Origin: Raja brachyura
Lineage: Eukaryota
Direction: 5' to 3'
NCBI GenBank assembly: GCA_963514005.1
Contig: OY740827.1
Coordinates: 2,418,001 to 2,482,000 of the forward strand
DNA length: 64,000 bases
The notes under the pieces are model-generated. The model saw only the letters and a list, made by a program, of their open reading frames with translations, made no database searches and was not told where the DNA came from. The position numbers were made by a program, and so were the translations under genes. Positions 36,876 to 48,059 of this stretch are shown here, one piece after another. Each line of letters opens with the position of its first letter. Position 1 is the first letter of the stretch.

Positions 36876-39094
36876 ACACCACTATTTTTCACATTGTATA
36901 TGAATGATTGGGACGTGAGGATTGAAGGCTTTGTGATCAAGTTTGCGAATGACACGGAAATAGGTGGAGGGGCAGGTAGTGTAGCGAAAGCAGGGATTCT
37001 GCGGAAGGACTTGGACAGGTTGGGAGAGTGGACAGGGACATGGCAGATGGAATATACTGCAGCAAAGGAGGGAGTGATGCATCTTTTACAAAAATTAATT
37101 AAGCAATTATTACAAGAATAATATATACAATACAAAACAATACCTAACAGAACCCACCACCATAATACAAAGCACAACTATTCTTAAATATTAAATATAC
37201 TGAGTATTAAATAACTGTGTTACAACCCCCATTGAGTAAGACTTCCAGCCCACGCGGTGCCCAACTGTCCTGAAAATCCTGCAGGGTGCCCGTAGTCCCT
37301 CTCTAACACCACCCGGGCACAGACATAACCCTGGAATAGAGGCAGGCAGCCGACTCGGGCAAAGCCCTCTTCCGCCTGGCACCATGACTCGCGGATGGCC
37401 AGCTTGGCCTCGCCCAGGAGCAACCCAACCAGGACATCTTCGGCCCTACCCTCTCCCCAATGCACAGGGTGTCCAAAGATGAGGATGGTGGGTGTGAATT
37501 TCAGCCAGAAGGCAAGGAGCAGCCCCTTTAGTTGTTGGAACAGGGGCTGCAGCCTCACACACTCCATATGCACGTGGAACAGACTCTTCCAGCCCACAAA
37601 AATAGTGAGATTAAACGAGAACTTACCAGTTCGAAGTTTGATCTTTATTTTATGAGGAGTTACGATGAGGGATTACGTGAAGAAGACCCCGCCTGGCGCT
37701 GGAACGGCATACTTCAAAGCAGCGGCATGAAAAACACAGAAACCAATAGCCGAAGTAAAATAGTAAGGCTCAAAATAGACTAGAACTACCAGATGATCAT
37801 TTACATTATGAGGGTTGGGAGTGGAGGGCACGTAATCCCTCATCGTAACTCCTCATAAAATAAAGATCAAACTTCGAACTGGTAAGTTCTCGTTTAATCT
37901 CACTATTTTACTTCGGAGTCACGTGAGTGACTACGTGAAGATTTTGAAGCTCTGTGTTTTTCATGTCGTAAATTCATTTCATACGACTCTCTGTTTAGTC
38001 AAAACAGTAGTGAGTAAATAGTATTTTAGGACATTGTTACAATTTATGTAATAAGTCCTTTAATCATAAAAAGAACAACTTTTTAATAATAACCCCTCTA
38101 TCTTAGGGGAAAATTACAAAATAAATTGATAAATGTTGTCAATGGTAACATAAATCAATAATATAAATCGATAATATAAAACAAAGCAAGCATTAAAGAG
38201 AACCCATTACTGTGTGTCTAAATCCTGGCACTGTGACAACAGGTTTATTCTAGAACTTTGAAAATCTCTTCTCTAGACCACCCTGCGGCCTCTAAAATTT
38301 TATCGAGTGGCACGTCCTGTACCTTTGCCACGGACGTAGCTGCCGCCCTAGTGGAGTGAGATTTAAACACATCAGTGTCTATTCTTGCTAGACACAAACC
38401 ATCCAGAAATGGTTTGAACTGAACCTTTTGTATGTGGCTTTTTGTGTGTTATTAATAACGCTTTCTCAGAACCTCTGAGATTTTGGTTACCTCAATGTAC
38501 TGAGTTAAATGCTTAACCACACACAATGTTTCATCAATAGGATATGCTTTAAACATTACCTTCATTCCAGTTCTTCCTGGTCTGCTTTGTTTGATCAAGT
38601 CATAAACATAAAACATAATGTTATCTGCAGTCACATGCATGCAATCCAACCGTACAACTGCAAAGCTTGTACTCTTTTTGAGCTGATACCAATGCCATTA
38701 ACTTTACCACCTTGAATGTTAATTTCTGCAAAGACATTGAATTAATTGGAGTCCATTGTTTAAACAAAGTGAGAACAATGCTAACATCCCAAATTCCTGT
38801 ATATATGGGCTTGGGATGATTTTATTGAAATTCCTTTCATGAGTCGGGATACTAATGGGTGAGACCCAATGAATCTCGATCTGAAATTTGTCCTAAATAG
38901 GATGACAATGCACTACGAGCACAATTTTACTTCGGAGTCACGTGAGTGACTACGTGAAGACCCCGCCAGCACGCATGCGCGACATATCGTCGTGCGCATG
39001 TGGAAGCGACGGTCGGGAGGAGCGGGGCTCCTCCAGCGTGAGTTTTAAAAAGCTCACGCCAGGTAAGTCTCACCGAAGGAGTGAGTCGACCATT

Positions 39095-40300
39095 ATGGAA
39101 GGGAGAAAATCAAAGAGAGCGGCGGCCAAATCAGCGGCTAAGGACAGCAGCCAACGGAGAACCGCCTCTCCAGAGCTACAGGTTCTACCTGCAGCTCCCG
39201 ACTTTTCGGACTTTGAGACCGTTGGTACGCCACGGTCGGGGAAAACTATCCGGAAGTCGGCCGGGGCCGACTCAGCGGAGTCCGGTCCCGAGGGCACCCC
39301 GCTCGCTGGCAGCGACGGAGGTCGCCTTGACCGCATTGAGCGGATGATGGAGCAGCTGCTTCAACGTGACCTGCTAAAGCAGGGGCAGGATCACAGTGGG
39401 ACCCCTAGTAGGCCCACGGCAAGTTCCTTTCGAGGACTGCCTAATGTATCCCCTTCTATACAGGGGAGCATTGAGGGTCAGAACTGGGCTGACCCAGAAG
39501 AAGGGGAGTTGGCTGAAGCACCTGCAGCGTCAGGGGTGTGTGAAGATTATATGGATGTGGTGAGCAAACATGCCATGCCCAACCAGAAGGGCCTACCCAT
39601 CCACCCCAAGCTGGCTGCCAGCATTGATTATATGGCCACTAACCAACTTCAGGAACAGGCCATCAATGCCACAGCAGATAAATATATGGCGCCAGAAAAC
39701 TGCAAGTCATTAAATGTACCCGCGGTGAACAACCCGATATGGGGAAACATGAGCCCCTCGAGTAGAGGGCAGGAGATGAAACTTCAGAAGATCCTGAAGC
39801 TCCTTACCGCAGGGATTACTGCAGTAGCCAGAACAGCAGTGGGAGTGGACATGCCGGAAGAACTACAAGATGCTTTGGCCTTACTGTGCAACACACAGTA
39901 TGAAATAAATAATTTCAGGAAAAGCATTATAAAGCCGGCGCTTAACCCCAAGTTCGCGGGGTTGTGTAAGCCTGGGAAGACACAGCCTCCAAGCCTGCTA
40001 TTTGGGGAAGATCTCCCCAAACAAGTTAAAGATCTTGACGAGGAGGCTAAGGCTTTGGGCCTTATTAAAGTACCTGGGTACACTAAGCCTCATCACCCAC
40101 ACAGAACGCACCCCTACGCACCCACCGGGCAGAGTTACCCTAACAGGTCTGCCGGTGGTGAAAGCTCGAAGGCCGGCATACCTGCACAGCGGTCTTTTTT
40201 AGGCCAAGGCCCAGGCCGGCCTCCTTGGAAGATGCGCCACTCCCAGAACACCTACAACCAGCCGAGGAAGCAAGGGCAGAAACCACCACACCGGCAGTAA
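39095..40300 (+). CDS. DIRS gag-like protein (ORF1)
   Basis: Open frame from 38942 with likely start MEGRK at 39095; homologous to the B1, A and C gag remnants. Confidence 0.85.
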   Translation: MEGRKSKRAAAKSAAKDSSQRRTASPELQVLPAAPDFSDFETVGTPRSGKTIRKSAGADSAESGPEGTPLAGSDGGRLDRIERMMEQLLQRDLLKQGQDHSGTPSRPTASSFRGLPNVSPSIQGSIEGQNWADPEEGELAEAPAASGVCEDYMDVVSKHAMPNQKGLPIHPKLAASIDYMATNQLQEQAINATADKYMAPENCKSLNVPAVNNPIWGNMSPSSRGQEMKLQKILKLLTAGITAVARTAVGVDMPEELQDALALLCNTQYEINNFRKSIIKPALNPKFAGLCKPGKTQPPSLLFGEDLPKQVKDLDEEAKALGLIKVPGYTKPHHPHRTHPYAPTGQSYPNRSAGGESSKAGIPAQRSFLGQGPGRPPWKMRHSQNTYNQPRKQGQKPPHRQ

Positions 40301-40302
40301 CC

Positions 40303-42221
40303 ATGGAGGTAGGTGGGTCTGGGATCCCCAAGAACACTACTGGCCCAAATTCACTCTGCATAGGGGGCAGGTTGCACATGTTCCTCGAGAGTTGGCTCAC
40401 TTTTACCTCTGATCCTTATATACTCAGGAGTATTCAGGGCTACAAAATTGAATTTATTCACGAACTCCCTACCCCGGTACAGCATGCGCCTAGTCGGAAA
40501 TTCGTCCTTTCTCATAGAGATAAGGCAGCAGGGCATGCTGAACTACAGAGGTTAATAGAAAAAGGGGTAATTGAAAAGGCCTTTAAAGAACCTCAGGAGT
40601 TCGTGTCTAATATATTCACTAAAAACAAAAAAGATGGCGGGTGCCGCATCATCATAGATTTGACCGACCTGAATACTTCTGTCCAGTATATTCATTTTAA
40701 AATGGACACCTTCGACACTGCTACTCAGCTTGTAGCCAATAGGTACTACATGGCATGCGTTGACCTTAAAGATGCATACTATTCAGTACCCATACACAAG
40801 GATCATAGGAAATACTTAAAATTTATCTGGATGGGACAATTATGGCAATATAAAGCTTTGCCTAATGGGCTATCGTCAGCACCCAGATTGTTTACCAAGA
40901 TATTGAAACCAGCTTTGGCCTATTTAAGGAAACAGAATCATACTGTTATGGCCTATCTTGATGACATCCTCATAGTGGGGGAGAATTTGGAAATGGCTAC
41001 TTTGGCAGTCACAGCCACGAAACATATTTTTCAGATACTGGGGTTTACGATACATCCAGATAAATCAATATTGGAACCCTCTACCACCATGAAATATTTG
41101 GGGTTCATTATTGACTCAGTGCAAATGTCTGTCACGTTACCACCAAGCAAGGTGGAAGACCTGATAGAGGCTTGCAGGAGCCTCTTTGGCATTAAGGTCC
41201 CATCCATTCGGCAGGTGGCCAGGGTGATTGGGAAGATAGTAGCTGCATTTCCTGCAGCACAATATGGGCCCTTACATTACCAAAATTTACAAAGAGCAAA
41301 AATCATGCTGGCCATTTTGATAGGCCCATGAAAATTCCAGAAAAGGCAAAAGCTGAACTATATTGGTGGATGGGTAATGCCCAAAATTGTTCCAAACCCA
41401 TGACTATCGCCAATCCCTCGATCACCTTACAAACGGATGCCAGTGCCAAAGGGTGGGGAGCTACTAACACTACCTCTAGCTGTGGAGGTAGATGGAGTGC
41501 ACCAGAGTTAACCCTATTTAATAACTTAGGGATTAACTATTCAGAAATGCTGGCAGCATTTCACGGACTTAAAGCATACTGCACTAACATGCACAAAGTT
41601 CATGTTAGACTACAGATTGACAACACCACGGTGGTAGCCTATATTAACCACATGGGCGGTGTAAAGTCGATATCGTGTGATGAATTGGCCAACAATATCT
41701 GGCACTGGTGTCTGCAAAGAGGAATTTGGATCTCTGCAACTTACCTACCAGGTAAACTAAACACAGTGGCAGACACCAGATCACGGAAATTCAACGACAA
41801 CATAGAATGGATGTTGGATCGGAAAGTGTTTACAGATATTGTAGAACGTTATGGGACACCAGATATCGACCTTTTCGCGTCCAGGCTAAATCACCAACTA
41901 CCAACGTATGTTGCTTGGGAGCCAGACCCGGGGGCGGTAGCGATGGATGCTTTCTCGCTACACTGGGGGGATTTGTTTTTCTACGCTTTCCCCCCTTTCT
42001 GCCTCATCAGTCGGGTCTTGCAAAAAATCAGGCAAGACTCCGCATCGGGTATCTTGGTAGTGCCCGACTGGCCTACTCAACCATGGTTCCCTCTGGTACA
42101 AAAGATGGCCACAGAACCCTGTGTCAGGGTGAATAAAAGACCAAGCCTGCTTGTTCATCCTGTTACAGGAGAAAGTCATCCATGTCATGATCGTATGGAT
42201 TTGTTAATTTGCAGACTTTAA
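40303..42221 (+). pseudogene. DIRS RT - RNaseH - adenine-methyltransferase-like ORF2 with one frameshift near 41305
   Basis: DLKDAYYS, LPNGLSSAPR, YLDD, TDAS..GWG, DNTT, DLFAS and AFPPF motifs. ORFs 40225-41331 and 41328-42221 are separated by a deletion of about 16 nt relative to copy A. Confidence 0.92.
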
Positions 42222-43192
42222 AACGGCCACTTCATGGACTCGGACTCTCCAACAGGACCATTGATACTATCACGGGAGCCTGCAGAGAGTCCACAAGGAA
42301 GCAGTACTTGACCTACATCAGGAAGTGGGAAAGATTCTGCGTGACTACTAAAACTACATACGAAACCGCCACCATCACGGAAGTGCTGGAGTTTCTGGCT
42401 ACCCTTCATTACGATGAGGGTTTAAGCTACAGCGCCATTAACTGTGCCAGGAGTGCCCTATCGTCTTACTTGGGCAAGGGGAGTGACCAATTGGGAATTG
42501 GGTCACATCCCCTGGTATCCAAATTTATGCGGGGAATATTTAATTCTAATCCCCCCAGGCCCAGATATAGCCATACCTGGGACATCAGCACGGTATTGAC
42601 GATGCTGCGAGGATGGACACCGAACACGGGACTCCCTTTGGCCAAATTAACCTACAAAATGGTCATGATAATGGCACTGATCACGGCGCAACGGGTCCAG
42701 TCCCTGCACAAACTCAGTCTGGATGCCATGGCAATTACCAGTGGGAAGATCACATTCCAGGTGCAGGGACTATTGAAGCAAGATCGACCCGGAGTGTCTG
42801 GACATACTTTGGAGTTCCTGGGTTACCCAGCGGACACTCGTCTTTGTATCGTTACATTGATTCTGCGATACATTTCAGTCACTAAAGATCTAAGGGGCAC
42901 GGAAACAGCTTTGCTTGTCAGTCACAAGAAGCCTCATCACAGGGTCACGGTGCAAACCATTTCCAGATGGTTAAGGGTGGTACTGGATGCGGCGGGGGTG
43001 GATACTAATGTGTATAAATCTCACTCCACCAGGGCAGCATCCACCTCGGCGGCTAGAAGGATGGAGGTACCACTGGATCACATCCTGGCCACAGCGGGTT
43101 GGAACAATGAGAGAACCTTCCACCGCTTTTATAACAAACCCGTGACCTCCCCTGACAATTATGCAGGGAGGATCTTAAGTGCTGCCAGTTAA
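42209..43192 (+). CDS. DIRS tyrosine recombinase (ORF3), intact frame
   Basis: Catalytic set R (AQRVQS), K (LKQ), HxxR (HSTR), W (AGW), Y (RFY). No ATG until codon 107. Confidence 0.93.
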   Translation: MQTLKRPLHGLGLSNRTIDTITGACRESTRKQYLTYIRKWERFCVTTKTTYETATITEVLEFLATLHYDEGLSYSAINCARSALSSYLGKGSDQLGIGSHPLVSKFMRGIFNSNPPRPRYSHTWDISTVLTMLRGWTPNTGLPLAKLTYKMVMIMALITAQRVQSLHKLSLDAMAITSGKITFQVQGLLKQDRPGVSGHTLEFLGYPADTRLCIVTLILRYISVTKDLRGTETALLVSHKKPHHRVTVQTISRWLRVVLDAAGVDTNVYKSHSTRAASTSAARRMEVPLDHILATAGWNNERTFHRFYNKPVTSPDNYAGRILSAAS

Positions 43193-45760
43193 ATAACCCT
43201 TTTGGGACACAATATTGTGTTTGGTATGAATAAATACCTGTTTTGTTTTTCAGCCAGTGTCTTGTCTGAATCACGTCCATCCTCTTATCCCAGCTTTAGC
43301 GGTGTGTGAGCATGGAGCTTCCAGGGCATGAAATCACAGAGCTTTGAAATCTTCACGTAGTCACTCACGTGACTCCGAAGTAAAATAGTAAGATTAAACG
43401 AGAACTTACCAGTTTGAAGTTTGATCTTTATTTTATGAGGTGTCACGATGAGGGATTACGTGCCCTCCGCTCCCGACCCTCTATTATAAAGATCACCTGG
43501 TATGAAAGTTCTCTTTTTTCTCTTACTATGTCAGTCATTGTGACTGTTTGTTCTGTGATTTCACACCACTGCTTTGAAGAATGTCGCGCATGCGTGCTGG
43601 CGGGGTCTTCACGTAATCCCTCATCGTGACACCTCATAAAATAAAGATCAAACTTCAAACTGGTAAGTTCTCGTTTAATCTTACTATTAATGGCACTATA
43701 CTCAAATGCTCATCAAGTGTAACCCAGCAAGGAACTGTAATACATTTGAAATGTTTGCAGTATGATAAGATATCTTTGACTGTGTACACTTCCCATTTCC
43801 TTATATGCGACTTATATTGTTTTAGTGCTATTCCTCCAAGCTGCAACTATAACATCCATGGTCCTGTCCGACAGTACAAACTCTTGCAATGGTCTGGTCA
43901 GAACCTGCAGATTAACAAATACATATGATCATGCAATGGATGAATTCCTTTTGTTACTGGTTGTGTCAACAGATTGTCGCAACTGGGAATTGTCATACAT
44001 GGTTCAATAATCATATTAGCATCAATGGGAATCATGACTGCGTGGGCCAATCTGACACCACCAAAATTGCATTCGACAGCGTCTTGCGCTTTTTATTGAG
44101 ACATTGCCCAATGAGACAGAATGGGGAAAATCATAAAATAACAAATTCCCCAGTGTAGCGAGAAAACATCCACCGCTACTGCCGCTGGATCGTGTTCCCC
44201 AAGACACGTATTTGAGCAATTGGTGATTCAATCTAGATGCAAACAGATCAATGTCCGGCACTCCATACCGACTGACAATATTTTGAAATTGTGTGGATTA
44301 AACATCCATTCTGTATTGTCTTCAAATATTTGTGATCTTTATCTGTCACAACATTGTCTCTCCCCGAGAGATAAATAGCTGAAAGCCAAATATTTTTTGC
44401 CATACACCATTGGCACATCTGGTTTACCAGATGATCACATGATATTGATCTAACACCACCCATGTGATTAATATATGCCACAGCTGTGGTATAATCTATT
44501 TGTACTTGGACATGCAAATCCTTTAATGAAGGGCAATAAGCTTTTAATACATAAAATGCTACCAAGAGCTCCAAATAATTAATACCATATGTTTGGAACA
44601 ATAAATCCTCTTGGACAGCCCATCTGCCTCTACAGCTGGTCTCATTATCCGTACCCCCCCCCCCCCCATCCGAGAGAACTTCGTCATTTTGCAAAAACAC
44701 TACTGGCTGATGAACTAAAAGTTCTAAGCAGCTTATGGAACATTCTCAATCCATCAATGTAATTCTGATAAAACTTCCTTAGGCAATTGCATTGGCCTAT
44801 CAAATGGCTTGCTCGCTGAATAAGCGCTTGAGTTTTTGCCCTTTGAAGATTTTGGTAATGTAGACGACCAAACTCTACCGTCTGGTGAATGCTGCTGCCA
44901 ATTTACCAATAATCTTGGCAACCTCTCGGATGGAGGGATAAGGTTTGTAAATCAGGTCTTGACACACATTTGTCAAATCCAACACTTATCCATTGGTAAA
45001 GTTACCAACATGGTAACTGAGTTAATCTCAAACCCCAGATATTCAATGGTTTGGGATTGCTGTAACTTAGATTTGTTGGATGGATCAGGAACCCAACTTC
45101 TCAAACAACTTGTAGTTACTGACTAATTTTCCACCTGGCTCCTGATTAGCATTGACAATTAAATGTCATCTAGATAAGCCATAACGATGTACTTTTGTGC
45201 CTAAGGCAGTGCAAATGCTGGCTTAATCCTTAAAGGCAAAGCTTGTAGTACCACAAACTGTCTCATCCATAACTTAATTACCTATGAAATTATGGTGAAT
45301 TGGGACCGAAATATGCATCTCTTCAATTTATTGCAGCCATAACCACCTGTTGATACCTGCTGTATTGCAGTGTTGAATGTGTCCATTTTAAAATTTTTTA
45401 CTGGACAATATATTTAATTGTGTGAGATCTAACATGATTGTACAACCCCATCTTCTATGGCCTGGGGAAAATATTTGATACAATTGTTGTGGATCCTTTA
45501 CCTGTTTCTCAATACCTCCTTCCTCACACAAATTCTCACATCTTTGTCAATTTGAATTATTCCAAGACTATAACATGAAGAATGATCAGGTTATTGTGTC
45601 CCAATGGATCCATACCTCTTCATTATCAACATTTGGAGTCTACCACCAATCTGAGGTTCATCCAAACATCCTTCTTAAATAGGATTAAGTTTTGTACCTC
45701 CCCAACTGTTTGACGAAATTACCTCCTTACCCAAAAATGTGGGTGTACATTCGTTATTTT

Positions 45761-45855
45761 ATTTAATATATGGTCCCTAGATAAGGGACGTATCAGATTT
45801 AAACTGATAAGAACAGATACCATGCTTAATCTTAGCCAAAAAGCCGAGAAACGAT
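45761..45855 (-). pseudogene. U2: U2 snRNA retrocopy (5' ~95 nt, truncated before the Sm site)
   Basis: Reverse complement ATCGTTTCTCGGCTTTTTGGCTAAGATTAAGCATGGTATCTGTTCTTATCAGTTTAAATCTGATACGTCC...ATATATTAAAT matches the U2 5' half. Short A-rich tail at 45754-45760; absent from DIRS A. Confidence 0.93.
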
Positions 45856-48059
45856 TTGCTGGCTGGAAATTCTTCCTTATCATACTCCTGCCTCGGCTCA
45901 AATCAAATCCCTTTTCCATATGACCAGCCTACTGGCCAACTGAAGGGTTTCATAAGACCAACAGTTCCTTCCCCTTCATCCATACTTAATTTGCTTAAAC
46001 AGATTTTCTCCGAATCAATAACCAGGAGTTTGAACATTGCTTGTCCTGTAAATCTTTGGATGTAAAAGAGGCCGAATGGCAATCTTCTATTTATATAATT
46101 TAACTCAAATAAGTTTGCAGAATAAACCTAACATATTTTGTTTCATTCTGAACTTTAGTCATTCCACAACTTCCCAGCTTGTCTTAAAACACAGTGATGC
46201 CAATTAGTTTGAGGATTCTTTTAATCGTAATTCCTGCGCCCGCATAATTGCTGACATTGGCGCCTAAAACCCGGATTTACCAGGTACCTACTTAAAGGTG
46301 TTTTAGAATGCTTCATGCATTATATTCTGTATTATTCCAATTTTAGTATGTGTGCTGCCGAAGCGAGCACATGTTTAAATGCAAATCTGCTGTTTCAACC
46401 ATAACAGCTTCTTGAGGCAGGTGAGAGACCATATAATTAACATTGGCCGCCAGGTTCCTTCCATGGCCTCACCGCCTCCACCAGGTATAGTAACTTTGTG
46501 CCCCTCAGACACACCTGGATTTGCATTGTGGTGGGTACTTCTGACCACAAACACCACTTTCAGGGTCTGTCTCATACAGCCCTGGTACTCCTGAAACTCG
46601 TTCAAGGAGACTTCCTCCAGTCCATACCCAGGCACTGGGGTTTCAAATTCCCAATTCGAATTGGCACCATATTCACGATATGGAACCCCCTCAGGGGCTG
46701 CCTGGGAATATTCTGGGTACTTAGACCCTTGGTTGATATAATTTGGAGTATTTCCTCCATTAGATCCATACTTAGCCAATTTTAGGCTTACTTTACAGGA
46801 TCTTTTAGAAACCTCAGGCCTTTCAAGCCTCTTTTTACTTTTTAGGCACTGGGTTTTCAAGTGTTGTTTGTGGAACAACTAAAGGCTCCCTAACGGGTAT
46901 TTCAATCGGCCACCGGTATCGGAACCGGCTCCGCAATAGTCTGCTGTCCCGACTTTTTACACCCCGGGACGCACGTTTTACCCGCGATTTTCTTTTTAAA
47001 ACATTTTATTTTTTATTTTTATTTAAACTCCTGCTGGTTTCCTACCAGCCTACGGAGTTTTAAGAAAAACGCCCTGGAAGTAAAATAATTTTACTTACCT
47101 GCGGGCCGTTTCCTTACCGCTGTGCTGGAGCTGCGCTCTGCAGCTCTTCCTCTGCCGATAGCGTCGACGTAATGCCGTTCCAGCGCCAGGCGGGGTCTTC
47201 TTCACGTAGTCACTCACGTGACTCCGAAGTAAAATAGCAGGTGGCTGCTGAGTCTGTGAACCGTGACACAAACAGGTTGCAAGGGACTCCTCGGTCTAGT
47301 ACCCTCCACCGCAGGTCACCGATGGAGGGGGAGAATCCCTGCCTAGAGGGACCCCCATTGGGGAGGCATCTCGCGGCTGAAAGTTAACACCGACCGCCAC
47401 TTAGTGTCTGGACAGTGGACTAGGGCGAAGACTTGGAGGGTGTGGGGGAGCCCGTACAGGAGACACCTCCCTGTGTCTTGTTGGGAGATGGAGTGTGTCA
47501 AGGCAAGGTGGCTCCCGAGAAGGATTTTGGTGCCTGGGTGCGACGAGTACTTCCGGCTGAGCGGGGATTTGCTCAGCCATGAGTACTTCTCCCATGAGCC
47601 TCCCCGACACCCGGTGTGGCGGGACAAGGGCTGGACTTCCTATTGGGAGGTGAAGGGATGGGTGGAACCTTCCGGACCTCAGGTGGCTGCTTCTCCAGGT
47701 GCTTGACTGCCTTGGCCGCCTTGCCCCTCTTTTGACCCCACCCCTACCCAAGCTCTGCGCAACCCGAGGGTTCCTTGACTCAACTACAGGGGAAGTGGGG
47801 GGGGGGGGGGGGGGGGAGGGGTTAGTGGCACCGGAGATTTGGGGCAATTTCCGAATATGCTCCACTTCCTTGCACGCATGGCACCTTGGGAGCTCCGATG
47901 TCCACCTATCCTGCTGGACACAGAAGCACCCACCAACTACCTCCTCCTGCTGCAGCAACATCCTCAGCTGGTACCAGAGGGAAAGAACATGCTGCAGCTC
48001 CTTTCTGCGGTCCCCTGGTATATCGGGGTGATGTTCGTGAAGACCTCATAAGTTCATAA

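Larger units (their letters stand above)
38924..43688 (+). mobile_element. DIRS1-type copy D, near-intact
   Basis: Left ITR 38924-38985, right ITR plus extension 43581-43688, ICR 43350-43462 perfectly complementary to both ends; three ORFs. Confidence 0.97.
37601..47235 (-). mobile_element. DIRS1-type copy C (same family as A; decayed body, perfect ends); contains DIRS D and a U2 retrocopy
   Basis: Colinear with 2850-8826. Right end 37601-37710, ICR about 37829-37941, left end 47172-47235. Confidence 0.95.

Noticed and set aside
41800-43192. Phage or bacterial contamination (Dam-like methylase plus integrase)
   Set aside because: Both are standard DIRS domains inside an element with ITR/ICR, embedded in vertebrate repeats.
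45761-45855. Functional U2 gene, or target of a U2-specific Tx1 (Keno-type) element
   Set aside because: Lacks the Sm site and 3' half, has a mutated branch-point pairing region, and adjoins DIRS sequence on both sides rather than a LINE end.
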